This document shows positions 41,837-50,795 of a stretch of 64,000 bases of DNA, piece by piece. The notes beneath the pieces are model-generated. The model was not told where the DNA came from. It saw only the letters and a program-made list of their open reading frames with translations, and searched no databases. Position numbers and translations under genes: made by a program. Each line of letters starts with the position of its first letter. Position 1 is the stretch's first letter. The stretch lies in IMG/VR virus record IMGVR_UViG_3300010352_000284, positions 16,443-80,442 of that record. The stretch is one strand, 5' to 3'. This DNA comes from a virus. Its lineage: Duplodnaviria; Caudoviricetes.

Positions 41837-42787
41837 ATGAAACTGACAGACGAACAAAAACAATTATATTCAATTTGGAAGAAGCTTATCAACATGAGTG
41901 CTTCTGAGATTGAGAAATTCCTTGATTCTGATGAAGGAAAGGCTGCTGGATTGTCGCGGCAAGAAGCTCGGACTGCTGGCGCTGGTGGGAAGAAAATCAA
42001 ATCAGGTAGGGATTCCGCAAGAGCAATCATTCGAATGTTAGAAACTAAGAAAGAAGATTGGACTGAGAATGATTGGGCCTGGGCAAAACGTCAAGTATCG
42101 TTCCTAAAAAGAATGTTAGGAGTCAAAGCACCATTGATGAAAGATGACAAAAAGACAAGAAAAACTTTGGCATTGATGGTTTGGGGTCATAATCCATTAA
42201 AAGAGTCTGTTGATGAAATCCTAAATATTATAGAGGACATAGAAATGACTTTTGAAGAAGAACTTGAATTGTTTGAAGCTGAAGAAGAAATAGAATCTAA
42301 GAGAGAAATCATTCCTACAGACAGAGAAATAATGTGGCAGAAGTTTGTTGAATTGACCAACGTTACTGCTGCGGATCTTCGGTCATTTCTAAAGTCTGAA
42401 GCTGCGAAAGATGTTGGTTGGACTAAAGCAGAAGCGGAAAAAGAAAGCGTTAATGGTCAGAATTATGGACAAAAGGAAGGTGAATTAATTGCTGGTATTT
42501 TGTCCAAGACTTCAAAATTTAGAAATGGAACTAAGGCTCCAGATAATTTGAGTGATGCTGAATGGAATTCGATAGGCCGCATGTGTAGGTTTGTTTCTAG
42601 GTTCCGCGAGTTGCCGGGAGACCTAAAAGACTCTGAAGGGAAACCAACTCCAAAATATCTTGCTATGTATATGAGAGGCCACGATGCTTCTAAGTATAAG
42701 AAATCAGTTCCGTCAACACAAGAAATCAAAAAAGAATTAAAAGACAAACTAAACGAATCTTATAGAATTGCTAACTGGCTTCTTTAA
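41837..42787 (+). CDS. Protein with two tandem DUF3140-like domains
   Basis: LINMSASEIEKFL..GRDSARAI..W.....W.....F..R..WGHNP, repeated as LTNVTAADLRSFL..RGHDA. Confidence 0.6.
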   Translation: MKLTDEQKQLYSIWKKLINMSASEIEKFLDSDEGKAAGLSRQEARTAGAGGKKIKSGRDSARAIIRMLETKKEDWTENDWAWAKRQVSFLKRMLGVKAPLMKDDKKTRKTLALMVWGHNPLKESVDEILNIIEDIEMTFEEELELFEAEEEIESKREIIPTDREIMWQKFVELTNVTAADLRSFLKSEAAKDVGWTKAEAEKESVNGQNYGQKEGELIAGILSKTSKFRNGTKAPDNLSDAEWNSIGRMCRFVSRFRELPGDLKDSEGKPTPKYLAMYMRGHDASKYKKSVPSTQEIKKELKDKLNESYRIANWLL

Positions 42788-42831
42788 AATATCTTCCCGG
42801 TAGGCTGTTTGGTTTCGTTATCATATTCGCG

Positions 42832-43539
42832 TCATTCATCAACTCCAATAACTTCAATTTTATCGGACATGATTCTTAGGTATTCGATTTTATAGTCATC
42901 TCCGCCAATTGGAACGAAACGACATGCGAGTTTTCTTTTATCATTTCTTCTGAGTTTGAAACATTCGACATCTACAAACAGTTCAACATCATTTACAGCA
43001 TCCAGAACAATTTTCCCAATCTCGTTTCCAAAATATTCCGTGACGACTATCAATTCATTCTCTATTCCAAAAACATGAATTGGATGTTTCTTTTCGATTG
43101 AAAGCCATCCGACAGAGTTTTCCAATGGTTCTGATAGCGTTATGATTTGAGAACTAAACGTGACGTGCTTCGGAGGGTGACAAAAATCTGAGGTCAGCGC
43201 CATCATTGCTTTATCAAAATCTACATAGTTTTCCAAAGGTTCTGATGGATTGTGTGAGATTTTTGGAAAATTATCCCCATTCATTTCAATTTCTTTCTCA
43301 TTATTTGTTTCAATTGGTTCTTCATGCTTAAACAATAGAAACGCGATGTAGAAATAAGCAAATGGAATGAGCCCGTAAAAATTAGGCAATACAAAAAAGC
43401 TTAATAGCATAGGGATTGCTACAATGATGGTTCTTATTCGCGAGCGGTTTATATTATCGCAATTTCGGGTAGTATAATAAATTAAATGGATTGGATAGCA
43501 AAAATATTTAATAACAATTTCAATCATTCGAATCCTCAT
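42832..43539 (-). CDS. Hypothetical membrane protein
   Basis: Hydrophobic N-terminal segments. Confidence 0.55.
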   Translation of the reverse strand: MRIRMIEIVIKYFCYPIHLIYYTTRNCDNINRSRIRTIIVAIPMLLSFFVLPNFYGLIPFAYFYIAFLLFKHEEPIETNNEKEIEMNGDNFPKISHNPSEPLENYVDFDKAMMALTSDFCHPPKHVTFSSQIITLSEPLENSVGWLSIEKKHPIHVFGIENELIVVTEYFGNEIGKIVLDAVNDVELFVDVECFKLRRNDKRKLACRFVPIGGDDYKIEYLRIMSDKIEVIGVDE

Positions 43540-43801
43540 TTACTTGTCGTTCAAACTTTTTATATTTCTTTTCAATCATATCAGTTAGTTCAAAATCAGA
43601 GATGTTTAGCATTTCTTTCAAGCAGTCGAACATGATTATAACATCTGCCATTTCTTCAACAACATCGTCTTTACCAACTCTTCCTCTTCGATATTGAGAA
43701 AGTTTGGCAAGCAATTCTCCAACTTCTTCAGATGTTTGAATATATTGTTGAGCTTCGCCGTAAATTTGGATTGCTTTTTGAACAACATCTTTATTGAGCA
43801 T
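43520..43801 (-). CDS. MazG-like nucleotide pyrophosphohydrolase
   Basis: SEEVGELL...EEMADV. Confidence 0.75.
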   Translation of the reverse strand: MLNKDVVQKAIQIYGEAQQYIQTSEEVGELLAKLSQYRRGRVGKDDVVEEMADVIIMFDCLKEMLNISDFELTDMIEKKYKKFERQVNEDSND

Positions 43802-43820
43802 TTTTGTTCCTCAAGATATG

Positions 43821-43850
43821 ATTATAGAAAAACTCTTTAAGAATTGTTAA
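43821..43850 (-). promoter_or_regulatory. Possible sigma70-like promoter TTAACA-18-TATAAT
   Basis: Upstream of the MazG-like gene SD GAGG. Confidence 0.4.
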
Positions 43851-43861
43851 AAATTTATTCA

Positions 43862-44050
43862 TCATTCTCTCTTTAATTTTAGACGACGAATTAGAGTTTC
43901 ATAAGCGTTCTTTTGTAAACTTTCTTTCGGAATATAAACGGGTTCATCTAGGTCAATCTCAAAATCACATAGATAAACTTCAGTTTCTAAGTTATCAAAA
44001 TCGCCAAACAAAATTCCACCATCATCATCAACAGTCATTTGAATTTTCAT
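43862..44050 (-). CDS. MKI...KRL microprotein
   Basis: MKIQMTV...LIRRLKLKRE. Confidence 0.6.
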   Translation of the reverse strand: MKIQMTVDDDGGILFGDFDNLETEVYLCDFEIDLDEPVYIPKESLQKNAYETLIRRLKLKRE

Positions 44051-44235
44051 AGCAGTTTCAATCTCTTTATAATTCGTCTATATTCAGTTTTCCGGTTTGA
44101 CCAATTAGGGATTTCGCAAGGAGTTTCTTTGTTTAGTTCTTTATAATTAAAATATAGTTCATTATCTTCCGCATTAATATTATCGTATGGAAGAAAATGA
44201 ACCCCAGATCGCACCAACCTAATTGTAACTTTCAA
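44047..44235 (-). CDS. MKI...KRL microprotein
   Basis: MKVTIRL...IIKRLKLL; ATGA overlap. Confidence 0.6.
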   Translation of the reverse strand: MKVTIRLVRSGVHFLPYDNINAEDNELYFNYKELNKETPCEIPNWSNRKTEYRRIIKRLKLL

Positions 44236-44570
44236 ATTTCAACCCCCGCGACAATGAGCAATCTTCTAATTTCAACCAATTCTGCCAGCATTTCGTTCTT
44301 GCTGTATAGAAGGAATGTTGTGCTATCTTTCATGAAATTTTCAGCATCTTCATCGGACTGGAATGGAGTGATTTCAAAATTTACCAAGATGGAAATATAG
44401 TAATAGTCTTTGAAATTATCGCATATCATTATTACTGAGAGATTGTTTAGAAATTCTGTGGGAACCGATTTCTTTAATTTGAAATATTGTTCTTTTGATA
44501 GAGCAATGTCGTACTTATAGGATATTAAATACGTGCCTACAAGAATCTTTTTGAATTTTAGTTCATTCAT
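44232..44570 (-). CDS. Hypothetical protein
   Basis: Start moved to ATG44570, overlapping the upstream gene end. Confidence 0.55.
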   Translation of the reverse strand: MNELKFKKILVGTYLISYKYDIALSKEQYFKLKKSVPTEFLNNLSVIMICDNFKDYYYISILVNFEITPFQSDEDAENFMKDSTTFLLYSKNEMLAELVEIRRLLIVAGVEI

Positions 44571-45021
44571 CAAACTCAAACTCTCCCGCACCAAACAATT
44601 CCTCAGTCTTGATGAATTCTTCCTTGTCGAAATATTTGATTTTCATCCCGGCAAACTTAGCAATCAATTCATCTGAGTGACGAATGTATAACAATGCCAT
44701 GGTGTCAGTGTCATCCATGATTTCGTTGATCGCTGTTTTCAAATCAGATTCTTTTGTCTGTGTTGGAATTGTTCGGAATAGAAGAACTCCTGTAGACGAA
44801 TCAAGTTCATAAGTTTTGCTAGCAGTGATTAGAACATCTTTGAATTCGGTTAACATTGTCTTCACCTTTTCCATTTGCTCTACAGGGAAGACGAAATTGA
44901 AAAGGTATGTGTCTCCAGAACTTGAACCAATGTTTTGAACCATTGCCTTGATAGCATTGATCGAGATTCCAAGGTCATCCGATTCTTTCTCAAACTTTTC
45001 AAGAACAAACTTAATTTTCAT
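44563..45021 (-). CDS. Hypothetical acidic protein with an MKIKFV start
   Basis: 152 aa; first 18 nt identical to the upstream microprotein. Confidence 0.6.
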   Translation of the reverse strand: MKIKFVLEKFEKESDDLGISINAIKAMVQNIGSSSGDTYLFNFVFPVEQMEKVKTMLTEFKDVLITASKTYELDSSTGVLLFRTIPTQTKESDLKTAINEIMDDTDTMALLYIRHSDELIAKFAGMKIKYFDKEEFIKTEELFGAGEFEFDE

Positions 45022-45184
45022 ATTTGAGCCTTTTCAATATTTTATGTTCTATGATTGGTTCTTGTTGAACATATGAATTTGTGAAAATTTCACCATGGCA
45101 ACTAACATATCCAACTTCATTCGGGGACGTACCAAAAATCCAACATTCTTCAGAATATTCTCTAATTACAAACTTAATTTTCAT
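45011..45184 (-). CDS. MKI...KRL microprotein (57 aa, not in track)
   Basis: MKIKFVIREY...IEHKILKRLKYEN. Confidence 0.6.
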   Translation of the reverse strand: MKIKFVIREYSEECWIFGTSPNEVGYVSCHGEIFTNSYVQQEPIIEHKILKRLKYEN

Positions 45185-45395
45185 ATATTTTTAGTTTCAT
45201 TCTGTTTGCGAATTTCTTATAAGATGGGACGGCTAATCCAGACACAGGAATTATAAAGTTATCAACTCCACATAATTCATCAAATGTTGCAATGATGTGG
45301 TTTTCAATTTTTTCCCAATTTTCATCATTTGAAAAAGAAAACCCTAACGGAATTTGTTTTTCTCCATCCATATAGACGCGCATTCCAATTTTCAT
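45174..45395 (-). CDS. MKI...KRL microprotein
   Basis: MKIGMRV...NRMKLKIYEN. Confidence 0.6.
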   Translation of the reverse strand: MKIGMRVYMDGEKQIPLGFSFSNDENWEKIENHIIATFDELCGVDNFIIPVSGLAVPSYKKFANRMKLKIYEN

Positions 45396-45625
45396 ATCGC
45401 CTCGTCTGTGATTTCTTTAATAATTTTCAAACGTTTACATACTTTAATATAACTCTGGAAAATATGTGGTTTATAGTCGCACTCGTTTAAGACAACTACT
45501 TTGTTTAGGAATTCATTATAATAAAATAAAACTTGTTTAGTCCAATTAAATTTTACCCCCTCTGCGCGATAACCAACGGAACCAAAAGAAATCACATCAT
45601 CCGTTACAATTAGTTTTAGTTTCAT
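45392..45625 (-). CDS. MKI...KRL microprotein
   Basis: MKLKLIV..SFGSVG...KRLKII. Confidence 0.6.
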   Translation of the reverse strand: MKLKLIVTDDVISFGSVGYRAEGVKFNWTKQVLFYYNEFLNKVVVLNECDYKPHIFQSYIKVCKRLKIIKEITDEAI

Positions 45626-45852
45626 TAGTCCTCAAGAACAATGGTTTTTATTTTCAAACGTTTTAAAAATTTCCTATAACTTTTGAAAATATTTGTTTCA
45701 TATTTATTTTTACAAATTATGATAGCACCCTCACCAAATTCGGTATAAAATATTGAAACTTGTTGGTCCCATCCGAAATCAATAAAGTTTCTAATGACTC
45801 CGATAGAACCAAACGCGATTCCATTTTTTGCTACATTAGCAGTTATTTTCAT
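45625..45852 (-). CDS. MKI...KRL microprotein (close paralog of 45392..45625)
   Basis: MKITANV..AFGSIG...IFKSY..KRLKIK. Confidence 0.6.
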   Translation of the reverse strand: MKITANVAKNGIAFGSIGVIRNFIDFGWDQQVSIFYTEFGEGAIIICKNKYETNIFKSYRKFLKRLKIKTIVLED

Positions 45853-46262
45853 TCGATTGACTTTAGAGTGATGTGTGTTGGATTGTCCTTGTCGCGAAGA
45901 TAATGCCCAACGAAACCAGCCTTCTCAACATCCGCAGTTTCAAACGTAATCAGAAGTTCGCAAACATTATCCTTCTTATTCTTTCGTTCAATCTTATTAA
46001 TCACAGACACTAGAGAAGTTTCGTTGATAATAAGTTCATAGCTTCCAACTCTCTGACCCCAAGAACAAGAATCGTATGAGATAGAATCCGCAATTGTATT
46101 ATCATCACCTACGAGAATATCATCAAGCATTCCATCTTGGTAATCAATCTTCACCTTTATTTGTGAGACGCGAACAACTTCCTTTGGGTCGGAATCAATA
46201 ATAGTCCGGGTTGCGCTGGAGTGCTTTACAATCTGGCAGGTGTATTCAGTATCGAGCTTCAT
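45849..46262 (-). CDS. Hypothetical protein
   Basis: 137 aa, first gene after the promoter at 46284. Confidence 0.6.
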   Translation of the reverse strand: MKLDTEYTCQIVKHSSATRTIIDSDPKEVVRVSQIKVKIDYQDGMLDDILVGDDNTIADSISYDSCSWGQRVGSYELIINETSLVSVINKIERKNKKDNVCELLITFETADVEKAGFVGHYLRDKDNPTHITLKSIE

Positions 46263-46283
46263 TATAAGCCTTTCGTTTCATAA

Positions 46284-46312
46284 AGTATAGCATATTTATT
46301 CTTCCAAGTCAA
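46284..46312 (-). promoter_or_regulatory. sigma70-like promoter TTGACT-17-TATACT
   Basis: Near-consensus; spacer begins TGGAAGAA. Confidence 0.75.
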
Positions 46313-46329
46313 GCAGTTTCTTTCTATTA

Positions 46330-46369
46330 AAATGAAAAATGGCTCATTAACAACAATGCTAATGAGCCA
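46330..46369 (-). terminator. Intrinsic terminator
   Basis: 10-bp stem TGGCTCATTA/TAATGAGCCA followed by a T-run on the - strand. Confidence 0.7.
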
Positions 46370-46382
46370 CGTACTTATAAAA

Positions 46383-47228
46383 TTAATAAGTCTTTCCTAA
46401 ATAAAGTCCACCATGTTTAGAACCGACTGAACGAGACATAACTTCTTTAGCAGCGTCTCTGATAGGTGCCATAGCTGTACCGGATTCTCTCTTATCTTCT
46501 GCATGAATTACATTTCGAAGATTCTTTTCGATCTTGTTGTATATTTCACCCTTTGTCTTTGGATTGATAATGAGTCTTGGAGCAGCTTTCTTCATTTCAG
46601 CAATAATGTCATTGACAAAAGCGTCCATCTTATCAGAATCTTTCAAAAGTTCAACAATCTGTTTTCTTGGCATTTCTCTGAATCGGTTTAATAGGTCATC
46701 AGGCTTTGGTGCTGGAGTGCTGGATTTATCATCTCCGAGTCCAAAATAATTCTTCTCAACAGCAATCTTATAAATTGAAGGAATTGCCAGCCCGATGAGA
46801 GGAGCCAATCCAGACACGAGAGTTGCGATTGCCAAGGATTCTTCTAGCTCAATTTCTTCAGCGCCTTTGATGATTGATTCGATGGTGTCTTTCATATCTT
46901 TCATCGCAGCTTTACAAGAATCAAGCTTTGCGTAAGAAACATCATCTTCATCAGGGTTCTCTGCCTTCATCTTTCCAACAAGTTCATCACCATCAAACAC
47001 TGAGACTGAGATCGAAAGCTTAACATCTTCATTCTTCTTAGCTGTGACAATTGCCTTATATTCCTTTTCAGCAGTTTCATCATCAACAACAAGGACGAAT
47101 TTCTTCCCATCCATTTCAGAGAACTTGAATGCTCCAAACTTTGTCTTGACATCAAATCCATTTTCCGCTTTTTCCTTTAGAGCAGTGAGCGGGTCAACAC
47201 TTTCATACAACCAATTTTTGAAATTCAT
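46383..47228 (-). CDS. Late acidic protein with a capsid-targeting-like N-terminus (MNFKNWLYES)
   Basis: SD GGAG; ATAAATA at 47252-47258 on the - strand. Confidence 0.6.
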   Translation of the reverse strand: MNFKNWLYESVDPLTALKEKAENGFDVKTKFGAFKFSEMDGKKFVLVVDDETAEKEYKAIVTAKKNEDVKLSISVSVFDGDELVGKMKAENPDEDDVSYAKLDSCKAAMKDMKDTIESIIKGAEEIELEESLAIATLVSGLAPLIGLAIPSIYKIAVEKNYFGLGDDKSSTPAPKPDDLLNRFREMPRKQIVELLKDSDKMDAFVNDIIAEMKKAAPRLIINPKTKGEIYNKIEKNLRNVIHAEDKRESGTAMAPIRDAAKEVMSRSVGSKHGGLYLGKTY

Positions 47229-47254
47229 ATTTATCTCCAATTATCTAACATTAT

Positions 47255-47434
47255 TTATCTTATTTGGCTCGGATGGTTCCAATGAAAATAATGAAGACCT
47301 TTTGCCGCGAAGTTTTCATTTGGGAATAATTGAGAACTGAAGAATGGAGTTATTTCGTTTCCAGCATAGCAACGAATTACATAATAAGTTTCAACTTGCT
47401 CATATTCTTGAGTTATCTTGAATATTATTTTCAA
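47255..47434 (-). CDS. MKI-type microprotein (TTG start, 59 aa, not in track)
   Basis: LKIIFKITQEY...PSQIR. Confidence 0.45.
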   Translation of the reverse strand: MKIIFKITQEYEQVETYYVIRCYAGNEITPFFSSQLFPNENFAAKGLHYFHWNHPSQIR

Positions 47435-47625
47435 CGATTTAATCTTTCAATGATATGTTTTTCGATTTCATAATAAGGCTGGCATGGGAAATGGTTTGTT
47501 ACGAGATGGCCAATATATGTTACAAAATATAAAGATGGACAGTCTAAGAGTTTTTCATATGTCGTAGGACCAATTGTAAAACAGTCTTTATTTTTACTCC
47601 AAGATAATTGTAACCTAATTTTCAT
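47431..47625 (-). CDS. MKI...KRL microprotein
   Basis: MKIRLQL...IIERLNR. Confidence 0.6.
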   Translation of the reverse strand: MKIRLQLSWSKNKDCFTIGPTTYEKLLDCPSLYFVTYIGHLVTNHFPCQPYYEIEKHIIERLNR

Positions 47626-47822
47626 AATTTCAACCTTTTCATTATTCTTTCTTCTTTTTGTTGAAGTGGATTTTTATTATTCCAGTGATTTGTTTCTAAT
47701 CCAACATCTCCAATAAAAGAATAAAACAAACTCACTTCGTCCGGGTCATCTTTCGAACCAAATATCATAACAAACGCATCTTTGTCTTCATCGCTCCATT
47801 CTATTCTAAATTTAATTTTCAT
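47622..47822 (-). CDS. MKI...KRL microprotein
   Basis: MKIKFRI...IMKRLKL; ATGA overlap. Confidence 0.6.
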   Translation of the reverse strand: MKIKFRIEWSDEDKDAFVMIFGSKDDPDEVSLFYSFIGDVGLETNHWNNKNPLQQKEERIMKRLKL

Positions 47823-47986
47823 AGTCTGCTCCATCGAATCGGTAAGAAAATCTGTTCCCATTGACTGACGTAAACATTTTTCCCGACATAATAAGAATAT
47901 TCTGGTTTTATGAACTGTAAATCGGAATTGATAACTATAAGATGAAGAATTTTGTAACGGTGAACTAATTTAAATTTAACTTTCAT
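47819..47986 (-). CDS. MKI-type microprotein (55 aa, not in track)
   Basis: MKVKFKL...IRWSRL. Confidence 0.55.
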   Translation of the reverse strand: MKVKFKLVHRYKILHLIVINSDLQFIKPEYSYYVGKNVYVSQWEQIFLPIRWSRL

Positions 47987-48135
47987 TTGATTCTTTTTCC
48001 ATTAAAATTTCCAGGACAATATATGTAAATAATTTCTTCTATTTTATCTCCTACAATTTCATCAAGATAGGAAAGTCGGTCTTCCTGGCTAAAATGAAAG
48101 TAATTGTTCGAAAATATTCTAAGTTTTATTTTCAT
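47983..48135 (-). CDS. MKI-type microprotein (50 aa, not in track)
   Basis: MKIKLRI...GKRIK. Confidence 0.55.
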   Translation of the reverse strand: MKIKLRIFSNNYFHFSQEDRLSYLDEIVGDKIEEIIYIYCPGNFNGKRIK

Positions 48136-48322
48136 ATCCAAGCCTTTTTAATATTTTCAATTGTTGTTTTCTTTTTTCTCCGCCGATATTACAAGAATTT
48201 GGTTCAGCGTATCCATAATGATGCACAAATCCGTGGCTAATATCATTTCCTTTTGAATCAATACGAATTCCAAAAAAGAAACTTCCCTTCACATATTCTT
48301 CAACAGAGTAACGAACTTTCAT
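48119..48322 (-). CDS. MKI...KRL microprotein
   Basis: MKVRYSVEEY...LKILKRLGYENKT. Confidence 0.6.
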   Translation of the reverse strand: MKVRYSVEEYVKGSFFFGIRIDSKGNDISHGFVHHYGYAEPNSCNIGGEKRKQQLKILKRLGYENKT

Positions 48323-48374
48323 ATGATTCAGTTCATCGCAAATCTCGTCCTTCAGGTTTTGTAACAAAGATATA

Positions 48375-48416
48375 TTAGTTGTCTACATATTCTTCTATTT
48401 TATAACGAACTTTCAT
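48375..48416 (-). pseudogene. Truncated microprotein copy (MKVRYKIEEYVDN*)
   Basis: Near-duplicate of the 48322 N-terminus; stops after 13 aa. Confidence 0.4.
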
Positions 48417-48425
48417 TTTGACTCC

Positions 48426-48433
48426 TATAAATA
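48426..48433 (+). promoter_or_regulatory. Late promoter (TATAAATA)
   Basis: Upstream of SD GAGG and ATG48454. Confidence 0.65.
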
Positions 48434-48453
48434 GTTTGAAGAGGACTAATACT

Positions 48454-48753
48454 ATGGAATTTAGAGAATTTGTAGAAAAGGATATGGAAGCTCTTCGCCT
48501 TGATGAAGCTCGAATCAATTTCAGCAAGGTGACAGAACTGATGGACAAACTTCTGAAGACTGGAAAGAAATTTGATGGCCTTTATGAAGATGGTGTGAAA
48601 GTTTTGGCATATGTTTCTCATTTGAAGGCTGCTGGTGGTAAGGCAAAATTGGCATCCGACACTCTTGGAGTTTCTTTACCAACACTTCAAGGAAACAATG
48701 ATAAGAATGTTTTGAAAGCATACAACGTCCCAGAGGAGCTTTGGAAGAAATGA
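48454..48753 (+). CDS. Late protein with a capsid-targeting-like N-terminus (MEFREFVE)
   Basis: Antisense island within the array. Confidence 0.6.
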   Translation: MEFREFVEKDMEALRLDEARINFSKVTELMDKLLKTGKKFDGLYEDGVKVLAYVSHLKAAGGKAKLASDTLGVSLPTLQGNNDKNVLKAYNVPEELWKK

Positions 48754-49274
48754 TAGACTTTAAGACTTACGTAGAACAGACAATGCTAACAGAAATGGCA
48801 CGGAGAACTGATCTAATTAATTTCGGCAAGATTGGAGATGCTTTGAAGACAATAGAATCTGCGGGAATTGATTTGTCTAAGTATTCTTTGAACGAAATCC
48901 AAGCAGCATTTTTCAATTTTTATGAAGAGATTGTTGGTGGAGATATGGAAACGGTTGACGGTCGTATAAAACACGCTGCTGGAGTTATGGCTTATTGGAA
49001 ACCTTCTGCTTCAGGTAAAGAACAAACTATTGGAAAATCTGGTATTGTTCGAGGAACTACTGATTGGAATTACAGAGGATATAAAGAGAAGTATACTGAT
49101 ATGTCTAAGCATGGTATTGAAGCTATTACAGATGTTATTGCTGCTGATAAAAAGAAGCACACGGTTTCATTCTCAGAACTAAAGAAATCAAGACACGCAA
49201 ACCCAGAATTCGCAAAAGAACAGAAATTGGGAACGGTTAAGAAAAAAGAACAAAAAGACGAAGATGATGAATAA
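48750..49274 (+). CDS. Late protein with a capsid-targeting-like N-terminus (MIDFKTYVE..LTE)
   Basis: ATGA-coupled to the previous gene. Confidence 0.6.
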   Translation: MIDFKTYVEQTMLTEMARRTDLINFGKIGDALKTIESAGIDLSKYSLNEIQAAFFNFYEEIVGGDMETVDGRIKHAAGVMAYWKPSASGKEQTIGKSGIVRGTTDWNYRGYKEKYTDMSKHGIEAITDVIAADKKKHTVSFSELKKSRHANPEFAKEQKLGTVKKKEQKDEDDE

Positions 49275-49310
49275 AAAGAAGCCTCGAGAAAATCGGGGCT
49301 TTTTCTTTAT
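49273..49310. terminator. Bidirectional intrinsic terminator
   Basis: AAGCCTCGA-gaaaa-TCGGGGCTT flanked by A- and T-runs between convergent genes. Confidence 0.7.
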
Positions 49311-49597
49311 CTTGGTATATATGATTTCATTGTGGTTTTACGAATCAGTGGACGATGATGCTCTGGTGTCGCATGTTCAATCCAAAGTTTTCCGCAACCA
49401 CAGGAGCAAAACAAAATTTTAGTAGGACCGAAAGAATTCAAATTAATCGAATATGATTCTTGGACTTTTGATGTACTTTTTTCCATATATGTTGATGAAT
49501 ATGAGCAAGACCCACAGCCAGGACATGTGAATTGTTCTTGGAGAATTTCGTCAGTTTCTCCAATCATTAATTGCTTAGAGCGTTCGTCAAAATTCAT
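49307..49597 (-). CDS. Putative zinc-ribbon protein
   Basis: CPGCGSC...CSCGCG. Confidence 0.55.
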   Translation of the reverse strand: MNFDERSKQLMIGETDEILQEQFTCPGCGSCSYSSTYMEKSTSKVQESYSINLNSFGPTKILFCSCGCGKLWIEHATPEHHRPLIRKTTMKSYIPR

Positions 49598-49645
49598 TTT
49601 TCCTCCTAGTTTGATATTTGTTGTTAACTCAAGAAAATTGGATTT

Positions 49646-49834
49646 TTAGTTCCATTTCAATATTCGTTTATTACAGGTCCAGCGAGAATATATAGCATTA
49701 ATCATAACAGTTACCCATTTTGATTCGTTAATAAAATTTCCGCGATAATATTGTTGACGAGAACAAATTCCAAACCTATTGACGGTCCCTAGTGATGAAT
49801 GACGGGAATTATAATACAAAACTACCTTTGCCAT
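49646..49834 (-). CDS. Microprotein, MAK subtype
   Basis: MAKVVLYY...NKRILKWN. Confidence 0.55.
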   Translation of the reverse strand: MAKVVLYYNSRHSSLGTVNRFGICSRQQYYRGNFINESKWVTVMINAIYSRWTCNKRILKWN

Positions 49835-49992
49835 TTCTTTATCCTTTTAGGAATGAATGTTGAATATTTCCCATTAACAAGTTTAACAATAGGACAACGA
49901 TAAACATAAACATCAGAATCCAAAATAAATGATTGGTGAACATTTCCAATTATTGTTGTAATTTCAAAATATTGTAGAACTAATTTACTCAT
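49822..49992 (-). CDS. Microprotein, MAK subtype
   Basis: MSKLVLQY...NGKYS...KRIKKWQR. Confidence 0.55.
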   Translation of the reverse strand: MSKLVLQYFEITTIIGNVHQSFILDSDVYVYRCPIVKLVNGKYSTFIPKRIKKWQR

Positions 49993-50194
49993 ATTTTCTA
50001 ACTCGTTTATTAGAAGCATATTTCGAGAACTTCCCGTTAAAAATCGTAGTTACTCGTCTTTCGGAGAATCGTTTTCTCTTTGGAAATTTTAATTCTTCTT
50101 CAGGGCATATATAAAAACATTTGTAATTTCCAAAAGGTAAGAAAAGAGAAGGGCTTTCGGTTGAGTCTGAATAATACAAAACTGCCTTTGCCAT
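49985..50194 (-). CDS. Microprotein, MAK subtype
   Basis: MAKAVLYY...NGKFS...KRVRKYE. Confidence 0.55.
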   Translation of the reverse strand: MAKAVLYYSDSTESPSLFLPFGNYKCFYICPEEELKFPKRKRFSERRVTTIFNGKFSKYASNKRVRKYE

Positions 50195-50634
50195 TTCTTC
50201 ATCCTTTTAGAAAAATTATCTCCAGCAACAACTACAGGCACAACTTCATTTTTCAAAACTTGCTTTAACCCTTTACGCAAATCACAGGTAAGTAATGTTC
50301 TTTTTTGAATTTTCTTTTTCCAAATCGCTCTAATCAAGTAATTCGAATGTTCTAGAAATTCATCAATGTCGCCGCTTTCATAAGGAATGAATGTGGCAAA
50401 TGAAAAAACTACAAATAATAAAGATAAAATTGTGAATATTGGACTTTTAAAAATATAAAATGAAACTATAAGCGGGCCTAAAAAAAATAATGAAACTACC
50501 GTACCGTAAACACTACAAAACAAAATAGTCATCCCATCATTGCTACAACGGCTCGTTCCCCAAGATGCTCCTTTCAAAACATATTTCATAAAAAACAATA
50601 TTGGATATTTAAGCAGCATTAAAACGGCCTTCAT
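50089..50634 (-). CDS. Membrane protein with a basic C-terminal module (KRMKKW)
   Basis: Two hydrophobic segments; reads through the junction into the next gene. Confidence 0.55.
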   Translation of the reverse strand: MKAVLMLLKYPILFFMKYVLKGASWGTSRCSNDGMTILFCSVYGTVVSLFFLGPLIVSFYIFKSPIFTILSLLFVVFSFATFIPYESGDIDEFLEHSNYLIRAIWKKKIQKRTLLTCDLRKGLKQVLKNEVVPVVVAGDNFSKRMKKWQRQFCIIQTQPKALLFSYLLEITNVFIYALKKN

Positions 50635-50795
50635 TTCAACCTCTTCAAAAGTTTTAGATTGTTAGAATTTTTATTTTTATCATCAACCGCGAGGATCGAC
50701 ATTTTATCAGAATTTATATGTTTATAATTTCCAAAAACAAAGAAACTAATACTGTTCTGATATTTGTCTTTTAAGATTCCCATTTGTATTTTCAT
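50631..50795 (-). CDS. MKI...KRL microprotein (54 aa, not in track)
   Basis: MKIQMGI...LKLLKRLK. Confidence 0.6.
   Translation of the reverse strand: MKIQMGILKDKYQNSISFFVFGNYKHINSDKMSILAVDDKNKNSNNLKLLKRLK

Noticed and set aside
797-42747. Many 60-170-aa antisense or overlapping ORFs in the track (e.g. 4850, 11197, 18430, 27328, 40038)
   Set aside because: They lie inside longer, motif-supported genes and lack RBS or recognisable motifs.
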